DNA of 64,000 bases from Blepharisma stoltei ATCC 30299 (taxonomy: Eukaryota; Protista; Ciliophora). The stretch is from positions 124,001 to 188,000 of the forward strand of contig CBFDEM010000025.1 of NCBI GenBank assembly GCA_965603825.1, written 5' to 3'. Position 1 is the first letter of the stretch. Each line of letters opens with the position of its first letter. The translations under genes and the position numbers were made by a program. Shown one piece after another: positions 1-11,486 of this stretch. The notes beneath the pieces are model-generated. The model did no database searches. It worked only from the letters and a program-made list of their open reading frames with translations, and had not been told where the DNA came from.

Positions 1-359
1 ACCAAGTTAGGGAATTCCATATTATTGCATTGAATAGCATGGCCCTCAATTCCTGCAATTGGAGTTGTGATTATTTGGACTGTGTCTTCTTTTTGTAAGA
101 TTAAAGGCTCATTTGAGCTATGGTAGCCTAGCCTGAGGTCACTTTCTCTAAGTCCTACCATGATTCCTACGTGAATTCCAGCTTCATCCATTGCTTCACG
201 TAAGTTTGTAAGGACTTCTTGCTTAGAAATCGTTAAGAATCTATCGCTGATACGTGCTATGTCCATTCCAGATCGTAATAGCTCTATTAAGACCTCTTTA
301 CTTGACGAGCTCTTGCCTAATGTGCAGGCAATTTTAGTTTTCCTTGCAAGGTGTGCCAT
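1..359 (-). CDS. Pyruvate kinase-like protein, N-terminal part (continues beyond window start); active-site motifs divergent
   Basis: Manual translation from ATG at 359: MAHLARKTKIACTLGKSSSSKEVLIELLRSGMDIARISDRF...IMVGLRESDLRLG, matching the PK N-terminal pattern RKTKIxCTxG...GMxxAR...DxR. Confidence 0.75.
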   Translation of the reverse strand, partial: MAHLARKTKIACTLGKSSSSKEVLIELLRSGMDIARISDRFLTISKQEVLTNLREAMDEAGIHVGIMVGLRESDLRLGYHSSNEPLILQKEDTVQIITTPIAGIEGHAIQCNNMEFPNL

Positions 360-1192
360 AAATTAAATTTTATTAGCTTTTATAAGAAATATTTATAGAG
401 AGCTGGATTTTTTGTATTAAATTTGGCAGTTTTTAGGTAGGTATTTAATTAATAGTCTTATAACATTATGAATTTTCTGACTTTATATAGGCAAAAAAAG
501 TGTTATATGTTTCGAAACTATGTCGACGTCATCTTTATGGTTAATGAAACTTTTGCTTTTTGATTAGCACTACGTCCATTAATATTCTTGTATCTTCTTT
601 TAGCTATTGATTTTTAATCTTTTTATGATTTTCTTGATTTATTATATCAGAGGGATAAAGTAGATTTCACGCATGATAGCTAATAAAATATTTCCACTGA
701 AATGCTCTTATAATTTCACCCATATGCTACTAGGGCTAAAGAGATTGAAAACCATAAACTGTTGAATCGATTTCTGAATATAAATTTTCAACAATTTTAT
801 ATAATCAAGATTTTTGGGAAAATAATTATTTGCCTTTAGATATGGGACTGATCCATTCTTATCTCATTAAATGCTCATACAAAAATGTTTCTCATACTAA
901 GTCTTTAAAAATACTCTAGGAAATGAAATTATTCACAATAAATAACAAGAAATATCATTTATTCAACTTCCTGCATTGGCTCTAACAAGACTTCAAAGCT
1001 CTTAAACAAGTTCAAAATTAGATTCTGCCTTAGACATATTTTTATATAACAAATAATTTTTATTTTAAAGATAATCATAAAGATGTTTTTACAGCTTCAA
1101 CCCTAAAATTTCTTTCAAAACCACATATATGCTAATAATCTCTTCTAAAATATATACAATTTCATCAATTTATATTAAAATTTTATGATAGC

Positions 1193-2395
1193 TTAAATAC
1201 AGCTTATCTTCGAAGACAAGGAAAATTTTCTATATTCCAAAGTGCTTTCTGGTGGCTTTGCAGCGGACATTCTAAAATCAAAGAAATATCCAGAAAATAA
1301 GCTCTGAATTGAATCTTGCTCAATTGTAGGGTCGATTTCGTCTTTTCATTCTCCACCTACTCGAGGGTCAAAATTATCTTCAGTAGTTAATCTAAAAGGA
1401 GCTTCAAGGGTTTTATCTTTAAGCTCTTTCCAAGGGAAGTCTTGAAGCCATGGGTGAGCTTTTAATTCTTTGGCACCTTTTGCGCCTAGTCTGTGATCAG
1501 CTTTTCTCATAAGCATTTTGTTAGCGAAATCAGCAGCTTCAATGGACCAGCCTTCAGGTATTTCTTGTCTTTTAATTTGTACTTGTTTAGCCAAAATCTG
1601 GTCTCTTATTTCTTTTCTGTTTTTACCATTATAAGGCCTTCTCCCCATCATGAACTCATAAACAATAACCCCCAAAGCAAAATAATCAGCCACATATCCA
1701 TGGTTCATCCTACACATAACTTCTGGGGCCATATAGCCTGGGGTTCCTGATGTATCTTGTGAGTTTTCTGGGTTAAAAACCCTCGCAATCCCAAAATCTG
1801 TTATCCTCACATACCCTTTACTATCTAAAACCAAATTTTCAGGCTTAATATCTCTATGTATAATTCCATTTGCATGAATATATTCAAGCCCTGACACAAT
1901 GCATGCTACGAAAAACCGCGTTTGCTCCTCACTAAACCTTCTGACCTTCCCAATATGATAGCGAAGGTCTCCGCCTGGCATCAAATCCATCACTAAATAC
2001 AAGTTTTCGCGGTCTTGGAATGCAAATTGCATATTTACAATAAGAGGATGTCTAAGGACTGAGAGAATTTTTCTTTCATTCATAACTGAATGGACACTTC
2101 TTTTAGAGACAATTCTGAGCTTGCTCATAGCTTTCATAGCGAAGAGCCTTTTCACTTTTTTCAGCTCAACTTTCCAAACACGGCCAAAACCTCCTTTGCC
2201 GATTGGGTAAAGAAAATTAAAATAATGCTTGCTGATTGTAGGAGATGAGTACTCATGAGAAGTTTCTTTTTCTTTTTGTAGGTCAGGATGGACGTAGCCT
2301 TGAGATTTCAAACCACGGCGATGGCCTGGTCGGGAAGCTCCTTGGCTGAGTGTAAACATGGTCCTGAGTTTACTGATGTCTGGTTCTCTTTGCAT
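1193..2395 (-). CDS. AGC-family Ser/Thr protein kinase (400 aa)
   Basis: GKGGFG, AMK, HRDIKPEN, DFG, GTPGYMAPE motifs; TGA at 1346 read as Trp extends the frame to TAA at 1193-1195. Confidence 0.93.
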
Positions 2396-2814
2396 TTAAA
2401 TGGATATTTATAATAAAAAATATTAGAGAATTTGGCAGGTTGAAATTATTAGAAGAAAAAGCAGGCCTGGGTAAGGCAGAAAATTAGGATTTGGTGGGAG
2501 TTTTTTGAGAAAAATTAATATGGGGTTACAAAATAAATAGAAATTGTTAGGTAAGTATAATGCCGTAATTTTACAAGTGGCTTGAAATTTTTTAGATGCA
2601 AATTTCGAATTTTTTTTCAAAAAACTTGATTTTGTTATAATGATTCTGATACTAAAAATTTTGTGGAGTCTTTTTTGAAGAAAGATGAGATTGGGATGCT
2701 AGCCCAGGTTGAGATGCATGCCATAATATAATTAACTCTAAACACACATTTAAACCAAAATATTCAATGACTCTATTTATTTCATTGATTTCTTTAACCC
2801 AATTTTATTAAAAT

Positions 2815-4725
2815 TTAAATTTGATTAACTGATTTTTCTTCAGCTTCTACTTCTTCCCATGACAAACTATTAAAATCCAATCTATATAAGTCCCCTGCAC
2901 TATTAAAAATATACGCCTCCCCATCTCTTATACAAGCAGGATCATCAAAATGCATAACAGCTGCGTCTCCAGGCAAGTCTTCAGCTTTCCTGAAATTTTC
3001 TCCATCAAATTCATAGCTGGATTTTACTTCATTTCCATCTGCATCTTCTCCTCCAAAAATCAAGACAGTTTTTTCTGTAAATGGGATAAGTCCCATACAC
3101 TTAGCAGGGATGTTATATTTAAGAGTTTTGACTGTCCAGACCATACTTGACAAGTCGCATACTTGTATACAGTCCCTAATCTCTTCAATTCCCTCATCTA
3201 TAACTTCTTCACCTCCAATCACATATATAGAATTTTCTAATAGGCAACAAGCTGGATATCTGACTGCAATTAACATGTTAGGCAAATCGACCCAAATTTG
3301 GTCAGAAAATTTTATATAACAGGAATAGACTTCTTTGTAGGACGACTCAGAGTCATCAAATCCTGCTATAGCAATAATAGTGTCCTGGGTCGAAATCAGC
3401 CTTATCCCTCTCAATGCTTTTGGAAGCTGAGTCATCGCTTCTTCAGTCTGCGAAACTGGGTCGTACCTAAAGCACTGATTTGTAGGCTTTGGATTAGGGG
3501 AATTTGCTGCAACCCCACCAGCAAAAAATAGGCTTCCATCAGGCAAAAATGCGATTCCTGCATCTCGATACTGAATACTTTGTAATTTTATTGACGATTT
3601 TTCTTGGGATAGGGTGTTAAATGTAGTAATTGTTTTGTTGCTTAAATCACAATGGTAGGTATAAATACCGTTAAAAGTGGAGTTAAAGGTGTTTAGGCTC
3701 CTTATGTCAGCGTTTTGTTGCATAAGTGACATAAGTGGGAAATGCTCGAATTCCTTGGTAGCTCGGTCATATCGACCTAGAATTTCAGGCTCTGCTAGGA
3801 TATAGACGTATTTTTCAGTCCTGTAGACAGGTGGGACAAATTGAATATTGCTGACTTTAAAATCTTTTAAATTGCTGAAGCCAGCTTCTTCGTCAAATAA
3901 ATAAGCCATAGAGGCTGAGGTGTTTAAATCTTTCATGCCTCCTACAATTAGGATTTGTTTTGGCTCTAGAGGGACAGCTAAAGCTCCTACAACTGGTAAG
4001 GTAAATTTCAATTGTAAAATTTTCCATCTGGCTTCTTGAAGATTATAAACCTGGATGGTTTCATATCTTGCAAACTTGTCTTGTTTCAAAATAAATCCAC
4101 CAGCTGCAAATATAGAATCCCTTACAAAGTAGCAAGTAGGGCAACAAAGCTTTTTAGGCATTTGTTCGAGGACATTCCATTGTTTTAATTTTAAGTCATA
4201 AACTGAAAAATTCCCTGGGATAAGATCAGAGTGGTCATCATTGGATTCGTCTATAGTTTTTACTTGTAGTCCTCCAACTGCATATACAAGCTTGATTTTT
4301 TCAATATAAATCAAAGTTTGCATTGCAGAAGGAGCTGGCATACTTGCAATTCGTCGGCCTGATAGAGCTTTTCCTTCAAAAATCATGGCATCACTAGTAA
4401 GCTCATCTGAATTGTACTCATTTCCTCCAGCTATAATAAAATTATGTTGAGATAATTGACAAATCCCGCAGTTTCTTGAAAATGGAAAAGGCAAAGAAGC
4501 TGTCAAAATGAAAGCCTTGTTTTCTTGAACTGAAAAGAAAAAGACTTTGCGGGAATTTGGGATTGGTTTGAATATGGAAATCACTTGAGGAGGCTGAGAA
4601 ACTACGACTGGGGCTGGAGGTTTTTCAACTGCAGGAGGAGCTTGAAGATTTGTGACTGGTTTAGGCTGAGTAGTTGGCTTTGGTGTCTGAGTAGGCTTTT
4701 TATTTTTCCCGCAGCAAGCTCCCAT
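2815..4725 (-). CDS. Kelch-repeat (probably double beta-propeller) protein with N-terminal MGACCG myristoylation/palmitoylation motif
   Basis: 636-aa ORF; repeated hydrophobic-GG...Y/F-D...W units (YAVGG, FAAGG, LIVGG, FFAGG, YVIGG, LIFGG); Pro/Thr-rich linker after the acylation motif. Confidence 0.88.
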   Translation of the reverse strand: MGACCGKNKKPTQTPKPTTQPKPVTNLQAPPAVEKPPAPVVVSQPPQVISIFKPIPNSRKVFFFSVQENKAFILTASLPFPFSRNCGICQLSQHNFIIAGGNEYNSDELTSDAMIFEGKALSGRRIASMPAPSAMQTLIYIEKIKLVYAVGGLQVKTIDESNDDHSDLIPGNFSVYDLKLKQWNVLEQMPKKLCCPTCYFVRDSIFAAGGFILKQDKFARYETIQVYNLQEARWKILQLKFTLPVVGALAVPLEPKQILIVGGMKDLNTSASMAYLFDEEAGFSNLKDFKVSNIQFVPPVYRTEKYVYILAEPEILGRYDRATKEFEHFPLMSLMQQNADIRSLNTFNSTFNGIYTYHCDLSNKTITTFNTLSQEKSSIKLQSIQYRDAGIAFLPDGSLFFAGGVAANSPNPKPTNQCFRYDPVSQTEEAMTQLPKALRGIRLISTQDTIIAIAGFDDSESSYKEVYSCYIKFSDQIWVDLPNMLIAVRYPACCLLENSIYVIGGEEVIDEGIEEIRDCIQVCDLSSMVWTVKTLKYNIPAKCMGLIPFTEKTVLIFGGEDADGNEVKSSYEFDGENFRKAEDLPGDAAVMHFDDPACIRDGEAYIFNSAGDLYRLDFNSLSWEEVEAEEKSVNQI

Positions 4726-4744
4726 AATTTAAATATTAAATATC

Positions 4745-5419
4745 TTAAAGTATATGGTTTTTTGCATTAATCCCAATTAAATTTGGATTTCTCAAAACTT
4801 TTGATCGATATAAGTTGTCAACCTTCTGAATTATCATACTTTGGTCATTTGCAGATTTAATTTTTTCCAAAAAATTTTTATTTTTAATTTCCGTTGAAGT
4901 TATTTTCAGGACTTTTTTTGAGTCATAATGCCCAGGCGATTTAAAGCAGATTTTATTTTTTCTGATATTAGTGACACTCCTTACCTTATATAGTAATAAG
5001 TTTGGTTTAACACCTTTTATAATATCATATGTACTTTGAATTTTTGAAATTCCTGACAACTTTTTGGGCGTCATTTCTGGCGTGGCAGGCTGGGGCGTTA
5101 TGCTAAAAATTTTGGGTTTTTCTATACTTCTTTTTTTAGAAGGGGCGAATTCATATCTTTCGTGATGCTCAATAAGCAGACTACTAGAGCACCGATGCTT
5201 GGATTTTTGACGGGCAGTAAAAGAAGCATTAGGTATTTTTGGTTCTGAAAATTCTTCAGTAGAGTTACATTGGATTCCTATAGTCGCTTTCTTCCGTATC
5301 CTTGATATAAAAGACTGTTTTGCAAGACAACTTCTGTGAGTCGGATCTGCAGATTTAATTCGAGCCGGAGAATTATTTTGCGAAGAAAAAGTGACCCTTG
5401 GGATTACAATGCATTTCAT
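4745..5419 (-). CDS. Hypothetical basic low-complexity protein
   Basis: 224-aa ATG-TAA ORF tightly packed between genes; no motif recognised. Confidence 0.6.
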   Translation of the reverse strand: MKCIVIPRVTFSSQNNSPARIKSADPTHRSCLAKQSFISRIRKKATIGIQCNSTEEFSEPKIPNASFTARQKSKHRCSSSLLIEHHERYEFAPSKKRSIEKPKIFSITPQPATPEMTPKKLSGISKIQSTYDIIKGVKPNLLLYKVRSVTNIRKNKICFKSPGHYDSKKVLKITSTEIKNKNFLEKIKSANDQSMIIQKVDNLYRSKVLRNPNLIGINAKNHIL

Positions 5420-5474
5420 TAGTATAATATTAAAAAATTGGCAATTGAGAATTATATATATTGAACAGCCATAA

Positions 5475-6155
5475 ATGAAAAATACAAATAAAAGTGTTTT
5501 ATTAACGCCTGAAAGAAAAGAAATAATCAGGTCTGGGCTGAGTTCTCCGCGTAGCTGTTCTTCTTTAACTCAGCCAAAGCAAAAAACACCTAGAAAAGGG
5601 ATTTCTTTTAGCTTTACCAAAGAAATTGATGACGAGCTTAAGCTAGTTTATGAGAAGCTTAAATTTTGCAAAAAAGCTAAAAAATCAGCCAGCCAAAGCC
5701 ACTCATTGACTGCAAAGTCGAGCCCAAATAATAAAATTCGGAAAAATATTAGGATGAGTTTAAATTTAATTGAGGAAAATAAAACGGAGACTTATCATTG
5801 GATAAAAAATTCAATTTTCAGAGAAAAAGAAATAGAAAATCCAGGAATTGAAAAGGAAGAGTCATTTATTGACTTTAAAACGCTCGAAAATAGGCCTATT
5901 GAGTACTCTGCGGTCGGCTCAACTCAAGATATTACTGATAAAGAAATTGATGTAAAATTTCAAAATATTAAAAAAGAAAAAATAATAAAAATCGGAAACT
6001 GAGGACAACAAAGGCTTGGCGACAAGCTGGCAAGGAGGCCAAAATCTAATTTTTCGTGCAATAAGAAAAGTAATTTTTTGAGTTATGAAAATTCACAAAG
6101 AAATTCGCTGTGCGGTAGAAGTGAATCTGGGTCTATCATTTTTTCAACTGATTAA
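5475..6155 (+). CDS. Hypothetical protein (226 aa)
   Basis: TAAATG start; TGA at 6000-6002 read through, frame open to TAA at 6153-6155. Confidence 0.6.
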
Positions 6156-6280
6156 ATTTTGTAAAATATTTAGCTATTTCAATTTAGAGTTTGTCCATAT
6201 TTAATCATTAAAAAATTTATCAATACGCATTTTAAAAATTGAGGAATTAAACACATCATTTTGAGTTATCATAATTTAAT

Positions 6281-7024
6281 CTAGCTATCATCTATATCTA
6301 GAATCGTGACTGAGATGTCTTGACTTTTTCTTTCTTCAATATTCTCAATTCTAACATGCTGAGTAAGGTGCATGTTGACACCATCAACATCCCCAATTTT
6401 ATTCCAATTTTTTAAATCATATTTTCTGCTTTCATAAACTCCAAAGTCACAATATATTCAGGCTTTTCCTTCATGCACGATTATGTTTTTTCTTAGTAAA
6501 CTCGGAAGATCAAATATATTTGAAAAAGTATTTTTCCCAACTGAATAGTAATATAAGCCAGGCAGATGAGATCCTACAACAAGAATATCGTTACCATAAA
6601 CCTCTGCGGCAACAGACTCAGAGCATAAAGGTAGCGATTCTATGCTTATTCATGCATTAGTCCGTATATCATATTTGTCACATTCTTTATAAGTTTTATG
6701 TGCATTTTTAGTTCCCCCAAATATATAAATTTGCCATCCGACTAGAGCCAGACCTGCTCCACCACGTTTTCTTCCTGATTTTTTAAGTCTTACTTCCATC
6801 GAAACTAAATTAACAAGCCTTTCGGCCTTAAACAATCATCCATCAATTTTACTTTGCTTCCAATCCACTTTGCCACTTACTTTCCCGCACACCTTTTTAG
6901 CCAAGTCGCTCTTCAACCTGAAGCCTTCCGCTCTGTCAGCCAAAATCCCTTCGTGGAAAAGCTTGATCGCAGAGTCAATTTTCGCTCTGATTCCGCTTTT
7001 GCCTTCCGACACCATCTGTTCCAT
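6281..7024 (-). CDS. Chimeric ORF (247 aa): retrotransposon 3' end fused in frame to the 3' two-thirds of kelch-like gene copy 1
   Basis: ORFs 6836-7024 and 6650-6835 share a frame and are separated only by TGA; frame stays open to TAG at 6281-6283. Sequence below ~6816 matches the paralogs at 11.5-14.9 kb. Confidence 0.5.
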
Positions 7025-10000
7025 TCCTTTCCATACAATGCGATTTCCATCAGGCCAATCCGCTCGATATCCACTCTCAATTCTACCAGTTTCTCTACCA
7101 GTTGCTTCCTCTGATCATTGTACCTGGGACACTTACTAATTACATGCTCTTCTGTTTCTGCTTCATCACAATTTTCACATTTTTCTGATGCTATCAAATG
7201 CCTCAGGTGCGCATTGGCGTTGCAGAAGTTAAATCCCGCTCGTAACCTGTGTATAGACCCAATAGCAGTTCTTCTATCTGGATTCACCATCATTAATGTA
7301 GGTCTCTTTGTGGTTGAGCCTCTAGGTACAAGCCTTCTGTATAGCCTGGTCGTCTTTTCCGTTTCTTCTCGTAACCTCAGTAGAGATTCATCAGCGTTCA
7401 GCACCCTGACCCTGCTATCCACAATCCTGCTTCAATTCTTCTGCCCACACTCAACCATCTTCTCACAGTCCTCATAGCATCGTATACCCAGATCTTCCAA
7501 GACCTTGCTGCACCTCCTTTCCCAGGGTAGGCCGTCCCTCCAGCCTATCTCGCTTAGTCTCGCAGTGATTTCATTCATCGACGTATAGACCCTTCATCTG
7601 AAGCCCATAATCCTCTTCCTCATATGACTTCTCAGGCTTAACCATCCCAAGTCCATCATAGACGTTTCTCTTGCCGTGCCCGTTGGAGCCTTCAGAATTA
7701 GCCTTGCAATTTTTAGTCTCTCGATTTCTGTCTTTTTCAGCTGGGTTTCCTCTCATCCAAATTGCGTGCAGTCTTTGCCGAATAAAGCTACGGAATTTAT
7801 GTATGCCTCCGCTACTGTAGCTTTCTTGGCTGGTGAGAGGAATCTTAGTCTGCTCAGGAGCTCACCTGTCGATTTGAACGCCGCTTTGGTCTTCTCCAGG
7901 GTCGCCCTGGAGTCTGCTCCAGCTCGTTTTGCCCTAGCTATGACTTTCCCAAGATACTTAATTGATCTGTTTGCTTCAGAAACTCACCACTTATGCGCAC
8001 TATTAGCTTTTGTGGCTTAAGGGAATAGTCCACGACAACCGATTTTTGCTGGTTTGCTTCGAGCGAGTATTTTTCAGCTCATTTGCCACAAATGTCGCAC
8101 AGTTTTTGGAGATCAATTTCAGTGCCTGCAAGAAGAACGATGTCATCTGCGTATAATAGCAGACCAACATTGATTCCTGGATCGCCTACCTTAATCCCAA
8201 TGTTAGCCTCCTCTATCATCCAAGCCAGCTCATTTGGTATGAAGTTGAAGACAATAGGTGATGTGCTGCCTCCTTGTCTTACACCCCTTTTAATCTCTAT
8301 CTTCTCCGACAGGTGTCCGCTAATTATAATACGACTTGCGCCCTTATAATACATCGCCTTGAGCATGGCGATTGTATCTCTGCTTACCCCTCTATTCTCC
8401 ATGCACTCAAAAACGTCGCTGTGCCGCACTGAGTCAAAGGCTTTGCTAATGTCAAGAAATGCACACATTATGTGCTGTTTATGTCTCCTTCTATACTAAA
8501 TAATTGTTTCTAAGTGGAATATTTGATCTGCAGTGGCTCTTCCTTCCATAAATCCCGCTTGAGCCGGGTGCATGACCTTCAGTTGCCTCACTTCCCTCGC
8601 CAGTCTTGCTTCTATCAGCTTGTCTATCATCTTGTACGCAGAGTTAAGCAGCGTTATTGGCCTAAAATCTGTGGGGTTCCTTGACCCAGGCTTTTTGGAG
8701 AGTAGCACCACAAGTGCTTGGTTCATAGACTTTGGGACTTTCCTTTCTACTCAAATCTTTGAGATTAATCTCAGATATAGGCTCTTCAATTTGTCTCCGC
8801 CAATTTTTATCAGTTCAGCTGGTAGCCCATCAGGACCTGCGGCTTTCCTGTTCCCAAGCAGCTCGATTGCTCTCTCTAGTTCCTCGTGTGTGGGTATCTC
8901 TCCCTGCACTGGTCCGTCAACTGAATCCTATACTCCCCAGTTGTACTGCTTCGTCCATCACTCTGTGATCACCCCTTCTTCCTTAGACGTGAATCTCAAG
9001 TTCCCACCTCTTTTTGCCTTTTTCAAGTTTCTGACGACTTCTCACATGTCTTTAGCTCCTATCAGCATATTTTCTATTTCTTTTTCTCTCATGCTTAAGT
9101 TAGCATCTCGCTTTACCTGCAATTTGAAGCTTTTCATCTTGAGTTTGTGCCTGGTCATCTGTTCTGAATACCCATTATGGTCCCCTTTCTTTAAGAGCTT
9201 CAGGGCTTTTCATCTGTGCCTTCGGGCAGCTCTCAACTCATTTAGGGCCGTCCTGCTAAGCGTCCCTGGCATTCTTTCGCTAGTGTACCCAAACGCCCTT
9301 CCCGCTACGCTCAGTTGGATTTTGTTTAATAGGCCATATAGATCCTCCGTTCCAATGCCGGCTTCCGGCTCTAGTGCAAGTAGCTCATTATTGAGTTCTT
9401 TCTGGTAAACCTTTAGATATACCGGACTATTTAGTCTGTCGAACCTTATCCTCTTGACCACAGGTATGTCTAATGTCCTCCGCTGGTCTCAAAGCTTCAA
9501 GGTAAGTGGTAAATGGTCGCTCCTGATGGAGTTGTCGATGTTAACCTTTATGTCGATAATCCGGTCCATTATGCGATTGTCGGCTAGATAAAAGTTGATG
9601 CAGTGTGTCGTTCCAGAAGAGCGCAAGTGAGTTGACTCCTTTTGTTCCAGTATGTTTAATCCTCACTCTAGGCAGAGTGCCTTCGTTCTCTTCCCATTCG
9701 AGTTTGTCTGCTCAGCTCACCATCCCTTAAGGTGTGCATTAAAATCGCCCATTAATAGCAATGGTCTTTCCCGAAGTCTTACTCATGAGATAGTCCTGTT
9801 TATCTCATCGTAGAATTTTTCCATCTCATCATCACTTGAGCCTTCTACTGGCGAGTATACCTCCATAATAGCCAACCTATCACTGAGCATTGCCGAGACC
9901 CTCCCTCCTGTAGGAAGGTGGGTTTCGCATATGCTGAGATCCTTTTTATGCAATATCCCTACTCCTGCGCTCTTGTCTGTTCCAGGGCTGCAAACCCATA

Positions 10001-10295
10001 CATAATCCTTTATAACGGGCAGCTCCTTGGCATTTGCACTGTGCGTTTCGCTTACTCCCAATATATCTGGCTTATTTTCTTCAATGAATAGTTCTAGCTG
10101 CTGCTTTTTCCCCCTGATTCCATGGATGTTTATATGAGACACAGTCATTGTCTTTGCTTCTCCACCCAGCTTTATCTCTTTTGAGTCGGCCCTGCACCAT
10201 CGCCTTCCTTTACCTTTCTCTTCCTTGCTACATTGCTCTCTTCGGGTTTCAGTTCTTCCAAAGCACTTCATGTCTTTTCTTTCACTCCGTACCTA
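6817..10295 (-). mobile_element. Non-LTR (LINE-like) retrotransposon, APE endonuclease + RT + C-terminal CCHC; decayed, probably 5'-truncated
   Basis: Clearly higher GC than flanks. APE motifs NIHG, SETH, GVGI, VYSP, GDFNAH, SDHLP; RT motifs KAAGPDG, FRPITLL, QAGF, LDISKAFD, GVRQG, YADD, KYLG; CENC-x7-H-x4-C knuckle. In-frame TAG at 8928-8930 and 8496-8498, frameshift near 7960, probable second frameshift near 7030. Confidence 0.93.
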
Positions 10296-10789
10296 GATTT
10301 ATTAAGAAAAGAAAATTTTGACTGTGGAGAGTTTTCTAATGTTTGAGAAAAAGGCAAAATGCTAAAGGTGCCTTGATATTCCAGATAATTTAATTATATA
10401 GACTGAATCTCATCTAACTTCAACGCATGATTCAAGACTGCAAATAAAGGAAGACTAATAAAAAGTCAGCTTATGACAGTAATCCCAAAAGCTGAGCATT
10501 TTAATTTGAGTCTTAAGTAAAAACGGAACCAATGAGTGATTAGATGAAGCAATAGATAATGCAAGCCTAATTCAAATTGCATAATTTTAATGTATTTTCA
10601 GAATTTATTCAATAATTAGTAAGAAAGATAAGAGAATAATATGTTTCAGCTTTAATTTATAAAAATAAATCATATTATGAATTTAATTAAAATTTATCAA
10701 GAGCAAAAGGTTTATAGAGCAAAATGCGCAAAAGAAAATTTTATATCAATTTAATTTTATTACAAAAAATATAAATAGAGGGGTCAGAA

Positions 10790-11170
10790 GAGATTCTAAT
10801 GTAGGTGAGGGAATACTATAAAAAAATGATCTAAATAATTCTTTGCTGTACACTCTATTATAATTGGAGAGAGGAATTTTGCAAGTGTAGATGTACAGAG
10901 TGACTCTCAAGAAATTAAGAACAAAAAATGATAATTATGCTAAAAGAAGGTATCAAGCCCATAAAAATAAATTTGGCTATTTCAGCCATAAGCAATATAG
11001 TAAAATTGAAGAAAAGAAATTTATTGGAATAGGAAAGTTGTTAAAGCTGATATTAAGGGAAAAAGTAGAATTATAAATTGGTTTAGGCTCAGAAGGTTCA
11101 GAATTTATTGATTAAATAGAGAAAATTTATAGAGATTGAAAAAGCTGGCTTATCATTGGAAATTTTAAAA
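10790..11170 (+). pseudogene. Degenerate copy of the small ORF region at 15650-16100
   Basis: Shared segments, e.g. aagaaattaagaacaaaaaatgataattatgcta vs aagaaattaagatcaagaaaaatgacaattatgcta; no long open frame. Confidence 0.65.
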
Positions 11171-11486
11171 TAAATCAGCTTATGCTAATTTAAATTTATA
11201 ATATTTTTATTTTCTAAGGTAAGAATGAAAAAAATAGAATAATTGCATGATAAAAGTAAATATTTACTTAGTAGAAAAACATAAATTTTAATTAAAAGTC
11301 TTATTATAGATTGTTAAGAGTTTATTTCGTAAATTAAACTTATATTTATCCATTGCACTTGAGATATTTTTATTTTTTTTTCTCAATATACTGCTTTATT
11401 TAGGTGAGAATCAAAAAATAACTGGGAAAAAAACCATAAAGGTTTGCTGTGGGCACTCTTGCTCGCTAAATAATATAATGATGATA

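Noticed and set aside
6800-6860. GGCC-GAAA-GGC resembling hammerhead ribozyme stem II
   Set aside because: The CUGAUGA and GAAA core segments are not correctly placed around the stem; kept only as a simple hairpin.
8496-8930. Two in-frame TAGs in the RT ORF as possible stop readthrough or ambiguous code
   Set aside because: The element also has a frameshift, and host genes use TAG only as a terminator or intron end; point mutation is simpler.
7118-9408. Plus-strand ORFs over the retroelement (7118-7477, 7676-8020, 8083-8349, 8572-9408)
   Set aside because: Antisense shadows of the RT frame with Ser/Leu/Phe-rich composition and no motifs.
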